From contig JBOHKJ010000288.1 of the NCBI GenBank assembly GCA_050728975.1, positions 1-58,898 of the forward strand: DNA of 58,898 nt, written 5' to 3'. Every line of letters starts with the position of its first letter. Position 1 is the stretch's first letter. Below, one piece after another: positions 55,015 to 58,898 of this stretch. The notes below the pieces were generated by a model, which saw only the letters and a list, made by a program, of their open reading frames with translations, ran no database searches and had not been told where the DNA came from. Made by a program: the position numbers and the translations under genes. This DNA is from Kiloniellales bacterium (GTDB lineage Bacteria; Pseudomonadota; Alphaproteobacteria; Kiloniellales; JBOHKJ01).

Positions 55015-56116
55015 TCGCAGAAGTCTGCTCGCGGCGCTCGCTGGCGGACTGACGGCCTCCCTGCTGCCACGCCGCCTGCGGGCGGAGACGGCGCACGCGC
55101 TCTATCTCGCCGCTCGGGCCGATGCCGTAGGCGGCTTCCGGGTCAGCGGCTTCGACGCGGCTGGCGAGCTGCGCTTGGATCTGCCGCTGCCGGCCCGCGG
55201 TCACTCCTTCGCGCTCCACCCGAGCCGGCGCATCGCGGTGCAGTTTGCCCGCCGGCCCGGCACCTTCGCCAAGGCGGTCGATCTTGCCGCGGGGACGTTT
55301 CTGGCGGAGTTCGAGACGCCGTCGGATCGCCACTTCTATGGCCATGGCGTCTTCGGTCCCGACGGCGCGCTGCTCTACGCCACAGAGAACGACTTCGAGG
55401 CCGGGCGCGGCGTGATCGGCGTCTATGACGCGCGCGACGGCTACAGGCGCCTCGGCGATCTGCCGTCCCACGGCGTGGGGCCGCACGAACTGCGGCTGCT
55501 CGGCGACGGCACCACGCTGGTGGTGGCGAACGGCGGGCTGGCCACGCGGCCCGACCTGCCGCGCATCGTTCTCAATCTGCCGACCATGGCGCCGTCGCTC
55601 GCCTATGTCGACCGGCGGGACGGCCGTCTGCTGCTCGAGCTGAAACTGTCGGCGGAGCTTCATCAGCTCAGCCTGCGCCATCTGGCGCTGGGCAAGGACG
55701 GCTTGGTTGCGGTCGTGGCGCAGTATGAGGGACCGAAGGGTGACCAGGTGCCGCTGATCGCGTTCCACGACGGCCGGGGAGCGCTGCGCCCCCTCGAAGG
55801 GCCGGCGGCAGCGCTACGGGCCATGAAACACTACTGCGGCAGCTGCGCGTTCGACAGCAGCGGCACCGTGCTCGGCATCTCGTCACCGCGCGGCGGGGTT
55901 GCGGTCTTCTGGGACGCGGCCGAAGGCCGCTTACTCCATTCCGTCGAGCTCCCCGACGTCTGCGGCATCGCGCCGGGAGAGGAGCCCGGGACGTTCCTGG
56001 TCAGTAGCGGCTTGGGCGGTGTGTTCCGGGTCGCGAGCAGCGGCGCGGTCGCGCGTCTGACCGGTGCCGCGCTGCTCGACGCCAGCCAGTGGGACAACCA
56101 CATGGTCCGCGTCTGA
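54995..56116 (+). CDS. DUF1513-family periplasmic protein (Tat-type signal)
   Basis: DRRSLLAALAGGLTASLL twin-arginine-like leader. Beta-propeller-like repeats. Fourth gene of the known imelysin/DUF1111 cluster. Confidence 0.75.
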   Translation: MHSTEIDRRSLLAALAGGLTASLLPRRLRAETAHALYLAARADAVGGFRVSGFDAAGELRLDLPLPARGHSFALHPSRRIAVQFARRPGTFAKAVDLAAGTFLAEFETPSDRHFYGHGVFGPDGALLYATENDFEAGRGVIGVYDARDGYRRLGDLPSHGVGPHELRLLGDGTTLVVANGGLATRPDLPRIVLNLPTMAPSLAYVDRRDGRLLLELKLSAELHQLSLRHLALGKDGLVAVVAQYEGPKGDQVPLIAFHDGRGALRPLEGPAAALRAMKHYCGSCAFDSSGTVLGISSPRGGVAVFWDAAEGRLLHSVELPDVCGIAPGEEPGTFLVSSGLGGVFRVASSGAVARLTGAALLDASQWDNHMVRV

Positions 56117-56122
56117 GCGCAG
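56057..56122 (+). repeat. Direct repeat copy A (3' end of the DUF1513 gene)
   Basis: ctgaccggtgccgcgctgctcgacgccagccagtgggacaaccacatggtccgcgtctgagcgcag. Confidence 0.9.
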
Positions 56123-56219
56123 CGTACTATCGTTGGCACAGGCTTCGCCCTCCCCAAGGCACCATCCGCGGCGTTAAGATCGCCCACCGGTCGCCACAGG
56201 TCACAGGAGGGCCGATCCC

Positions 56220-56759
56220 ATGCGCGTTGGCCTTGTTGTCATGCTTCTCGCCGGCGCCGCTGCCGCCGGGCCTGCGACGCCGCCGTCGTCGCCCTATGCC
56301 GGACTCGATGCGCGGCCTCTCAATGCCTTTTCGGAGCAAGAGGTGGCCGACCTCGAGAGCGGGCGCGGCATGGGCCTTGCCCTGGCCGCCGAGCTCAACG
56401 GCTATCCGGGTCCGCGCCATGTGCTGGATCTGGCCGAGCCGCTCCAACTGACCGCGATGCAACGCAACGAAGCCGCGCGGTTGTTCGCTAAGATGGAGAG
56501 CGGAGCCGTCGCGCTGGGCGGGAAGCTCTTGGCGCGCGAGCGGGAGCTGGACGCGCTCTTCGCCGAACGGCGCGCCACGGCGGAAACGATTGCCGCGGCG
56601 AGCGCGGCAGCGGCGGACGCGCGCGGGGCCCTGCGCACCCACCACCTGACATATCATCTGGCGATGGTGGAACTGCTGAGCCTGCACCAGCTCGAAGCCT
56701 ATAAGGTCTTGCGCGGCTACGACGGTGGGAACGGGCGCGGCGGACACGGCAGGCACTGA
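56220..56759 (+). CDS. Spy/CpxP-family periplasmic protein (LTxxQ-type motifs)
   Basis: Signal peptide MRVGLVVMLLAGAAAAG. LQLTAMQRNEA and LSLHQLEAY repeats. His/Gly-rich C-terminus. Confidence 0.65.
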   Translation: MRVGLVVMLLAGAAAAGPATPPSSPYAGLDARPLNAFSEQEVADLESGRGMGLALAAELNGYPGPRHVLDLAEPLQLTAMQRNEAARLFAKMESGAVALGGKLLARERELDALFAERRATAETIAAASAAAADARGALRTHHLTYHLAMVELLSLHQLEAYKVLRGYDGGNGRGGHGRH

Positions 56760-56815
56760 CCGGAGCCGCGTTGCTCGACGCCAGCCGGCGGGACAACCAC
56801 GGGGTCCGAGCGCAG
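56756..56815 (+). repeat. Direct repeat copy B (non-coding, starts at the Spy-like gene stop)
   Basis: ctgaccggagccgcgttgctcgacgccagccggcgggacaaccacggggtccgagcgcag. By hand alignment it differs from copy A by 6 substitutions and one 6-nt gap. Confidence 0.9.
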
Positions 56816-56856
56816 GCCGGCATTGTCTGCCGGTCGGCCGACTGGCGGTGGCGTAG

Positions 56857-56870
56857 TTTTTTGCAAAAAA
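56857..56870. repeat. Perfect palindrome TTTTTTGCAAAAAA
   Basis: Read directly. Lies in the 397-bp non-coding region upstream of tctC. Confidence 0.9.
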
Positions 56871-57156
56871 TTGCGAACTGCGATTGCCCTACTACCGAAA
56901 GATTCCTGTAACGCAAGCTCGCGGAAGGTCCTATAGTTATCCACGCGTGACGAACTCAGGGCGGACACGAGGCGCGTCGGACGCCCGGCAACTGGAGCGC
57001 CAGAAGGAGCAACGTAAGCTGCCGGCCGATGGGCCCTAGCATGCGTCACACTCCCCTAACCTGAGACGATTCGAAGCAGATCTAAACTTGGTTGGCGCTA
57101 CCGGCTTTTTCCTGGGGCGCATGACGCTACTTGTGCGTTTATTGGAGGGAGGAACC

Positions 57157-58173
57157 ATGTCGACCATCTCATTGCCTAGCAGGGTCCTTGCCGTAGTGGC
57201 GGGCGCTCTTTGCATTCTCGGCACCGCCTCGCTTCCGGCGGCCGCCGAGTGGAAGCCTACCAAGACGATCGAGTTCATCGTGCCTGCGGGTTCCGGCGGT
57301 GGCGCCGACCAGATGGCCCGTATGATTCAAGGCATCGTTCAGAAACACGGCCTGATGGACGAGGCCGTCGTGGTCATCAACAAGTCCGGCGGCGCCGGCG
57401 GTGAGGGCTTCCTCGACGTCAAGGCCTCGGCCGGAAATCCACACAAGATAATTATTACGCTCTCGAACCTCTTTACGACGCCGCTCGCGACTGGAATCCC
57501 GGTCCGGTGGACCGAGTTGACTCCGGTGGCCATGCTGGCTCTCGACGAATTCGTGCTGTGGGTCAACACCGAGAGTCCCTATAAGACCGCGGGCGAGTAC
57601 CTCGACGCAGTAAAGGCCGGCGAAGACAAGGCCTTCAAGATGGGTGGTACCGGCTCGAAGCAGGAGGACCAGATCATCACCGTCGCTATACAAGAAGCGG
57701 TGGGCAAGAGCTTCTCCTACGTCCCCTTCAAGGGTGGCGGCACCGTGGCGACCCAGCTGGTCGGCAACCACATCAATTCCAGCGTCAACAACCCGATCGA
57801 GGGAGTTGCGCATTGGCGGTCAGGCGCGCTGCGGCCGCTCTGTGTCTTCGACGGCAAGCGAATCCAGATGACCGACAAGATTACCGACACCATGTCGTGG
57901 GGCGATATTCCGACCTGCAAGGAAAGCGGCGTCGACTTCGAGTACACTATGCTGCGCGGCATTTTCATGCCGGGCGACGTTCCCCAGGAGGCGGTCGACT
58001 ACTACATCGAGCTCTTCAAGAAGGTGCGTGAAGCACCTGAGTGGAAGGACTTCATGCAGAAGGGCGCCTACAACCAGAGCTTCATGACCGGCGATGACTT
58101 CAAAACGTGGCTCACGAGCGCAGAAGATCTGCATCGCGGTTTGATGGAAAAGGCGGGATTCCTGGCCAAGTAG
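57157..58173 (+). CDS. tctC: Tripartite tricarboxylate transporter substrate-binding protein (TctC/Bug family)
   Basis: ATG 57157 with a GGAGGGAGG SD. Signal peptide. KTIEFIVPAGSGGGADQMARMI is the Bug-family signature. Confidence 0.9.
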   Translation: MSTISLPSRVLAVVAGALCILGTASLPAAAEWKPTKTIEFIVPAGSGGGADQMARMIQGIVQKHGLMDEAVVVINKSGGAGGEGFLDVKASAGNPHKIIITLSNLFTTPLATGIPVRWTELTPVAMLALDEFVLWVNTESPYKTAGEYLDAVKAGEDKAFKMGGTGSKQEDQIITVAIQEAVGKSFSYVPFKGGGTVATQLVGNHINSSVNNPIEGVAHWRSGALRPLCVFDGKRIQMTDKITDTMSWGDIPTCKESGVDFEYTMLRGIFMPGDVPQEAVDYYIELFKKVREAPEWKDFMQKGAYNQSFMTGDDFKTWLTSAEDLHRGLMEKAGFLAK

Positions 58174-58266
58174 TCCAGCTGATATCGCCAAAAGCAGGCT
58201 CCCAACGGTGGCCGTCCGTCGTTCTGGCGGACGGCCACCTCCGAATCCAATCTTCCGGAATGACCC

Positions 58267-58761
58267 ATGACCACGTCTAGCGATCAAGCGAAGCCTTCCT
58301 ATCGCACTATGGAGATCGTCGTCGCCTCGGCGCTGGTCTGCGTCGGCCTGCTTGTCGTCGTCGACAACTACCTGCTCGGTGCGAGTTGGCAGGCCGACGG
58401 ACCGGAGGCCGGATACTTTCCCTTCTACTGCGGTCTCTTTCTCCTCGTTTCGAGTCTCGTGACGATCAGCCGGGCGATCCGTGCGGGGTCGCCCCAAGGC
58501 TTCATAAATCGTGCATCTTTTCTGCGAATCCTGCAGGTTCTCGTGCCTTCGACAGTTTTCGTGGCGCTGATTGCTATGCTCGGGATCTACGTTGCTTCTG
58601 GCATCTTCATCGCCTTTTGCATGCGGCTCTTGGGTCGCTTCGGTGTCGTTCCCGTCGCCGCGGTCTCGCTTGGCGTACCGCTCGCCCTTTTCTCCCTGTT
58701 CGAGCTTTGGTTCCACGTCCCGATGCCGAAGGGGCCGCTTGAGGACTTTCTGGGGTACTGA
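58267..58761 (+). CDS. tctB: TctB-family small membrane subunit
   Basis: 164 aa with four hydrophobic helices. Located between tctC and tctA. Confidence 0.75.
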   Translation: MTTSSDQAKPSYRTMEIVVASALVCVGLLVVVDNYLLGASWQADGPEAGYFPFYCGLFLLVSSLVTISRAIRAGSPQGFINRASFLRILQVLVPSTVFVALIAMLGIYVASGIFIAFCMRLLGRFGVVPVAAVSLGVPLALFSLFELWFHVPMPKGPLEDFLGY

Positions 58762-58815
58762 GCGCCTCGTCGCCGCTAGCTTATCGTCATCGTCATCGTT
58801 GTCGGAGTCGGTCAC

Positions 58816-58898
58816 GTGCTCGAATCGATCAACTCACTGCTCCATGGCTTCGCCGTCCTTTCCGATCCTTTCAATCTGCTCCTCATGTTGGTGGGTAT
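58816..58898 (+). CDS. tctA: TctA-family large permease subunit (5' fragment, runs off the window)
   Basis: GTG 58816 after GGAG. VLESINSLLHGFAVLSDPFNLLLMLVG matches the TctA N-terminal pattern. Confidence 0.7.
   Translation, partial: MLESINSLLHGFAVLSDPFNLLLMLVG

Overview
High-GC, densely coding chromosomal segment. The CpdR-type regulator, the TctABC and imelysin clusters and the GC3-rich codon usage suggest an alphaproteobacterium (inference). I saw no transposase, integrase, CRISPR array or rRNA. I call about 55 CDS, one tRNA-Val(GAC), one gene relic and several structured or palindromic non-coding elements.

Gene order:
- GST (5' end outside the window) and a MaoC-like dehydratase
- ankyrin protein, SLT lytic transglycosylase
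- an sRNA-like element in the next intergenic region
- GNAT acetyltransferase and N-formylglutamate amidohydrolase
- cpdR
- a three-subunit Mo-bisPGD oxidoreductase with no Tat signal
- tRNA-Val
- a DeoR-headed catabolic locus: two FAD oxidoreductases, a peptide-type ABC importer, a phosphonate-monoester-hydrolase-like enzyme, a degenerate cyclase-family protein and glycerol kinase
- LysR, an Fe-ADH and phnDCEE
- ECF sigma factor
- secreted pentapeptide-repeat operon
- RND relic followed by a DsbA-NhaA fusion
- zinc-ribbon/class III cyclase/STAND protein, then YcaO, TfuA, an HExxH protein and a repeat-tailed ORF, with a convergent Crp-family regulator
- orphan receiver protein
- BBOX-like dioxygenase with a partial amino-acid ABC system
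- bfr and bfd, then a Fur box
- imelysin, DUF1111, imelysin, DUF1513
- Spy/CpxP-like gene flanked by a ~60-bp direct repeat
- tctCBA (tctA runs off the 3' edge)

Many junctions are ATGA/GTGA start-stop overlaps (530, 4064, 8635, 12329, 17937, 21206, 42567, 47597), which supports the operon calls.

The best candidate for an undescribed system is the YcaO-TfuA block at 40286-44533. It is co-directional with a thermolysin-motif protein and a 192-aa ORF whose C-terminus is six tandem (T/S/I)(S/A)RSDL hexapeptides. Those repeats are conserved at the protein level but diverged at synonymous sites. The block is bracketed by a nucleotide cyclase and a cNMP-type regulator.

All calls rest on reading the translations and the DNA by eye. 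No database search was run.
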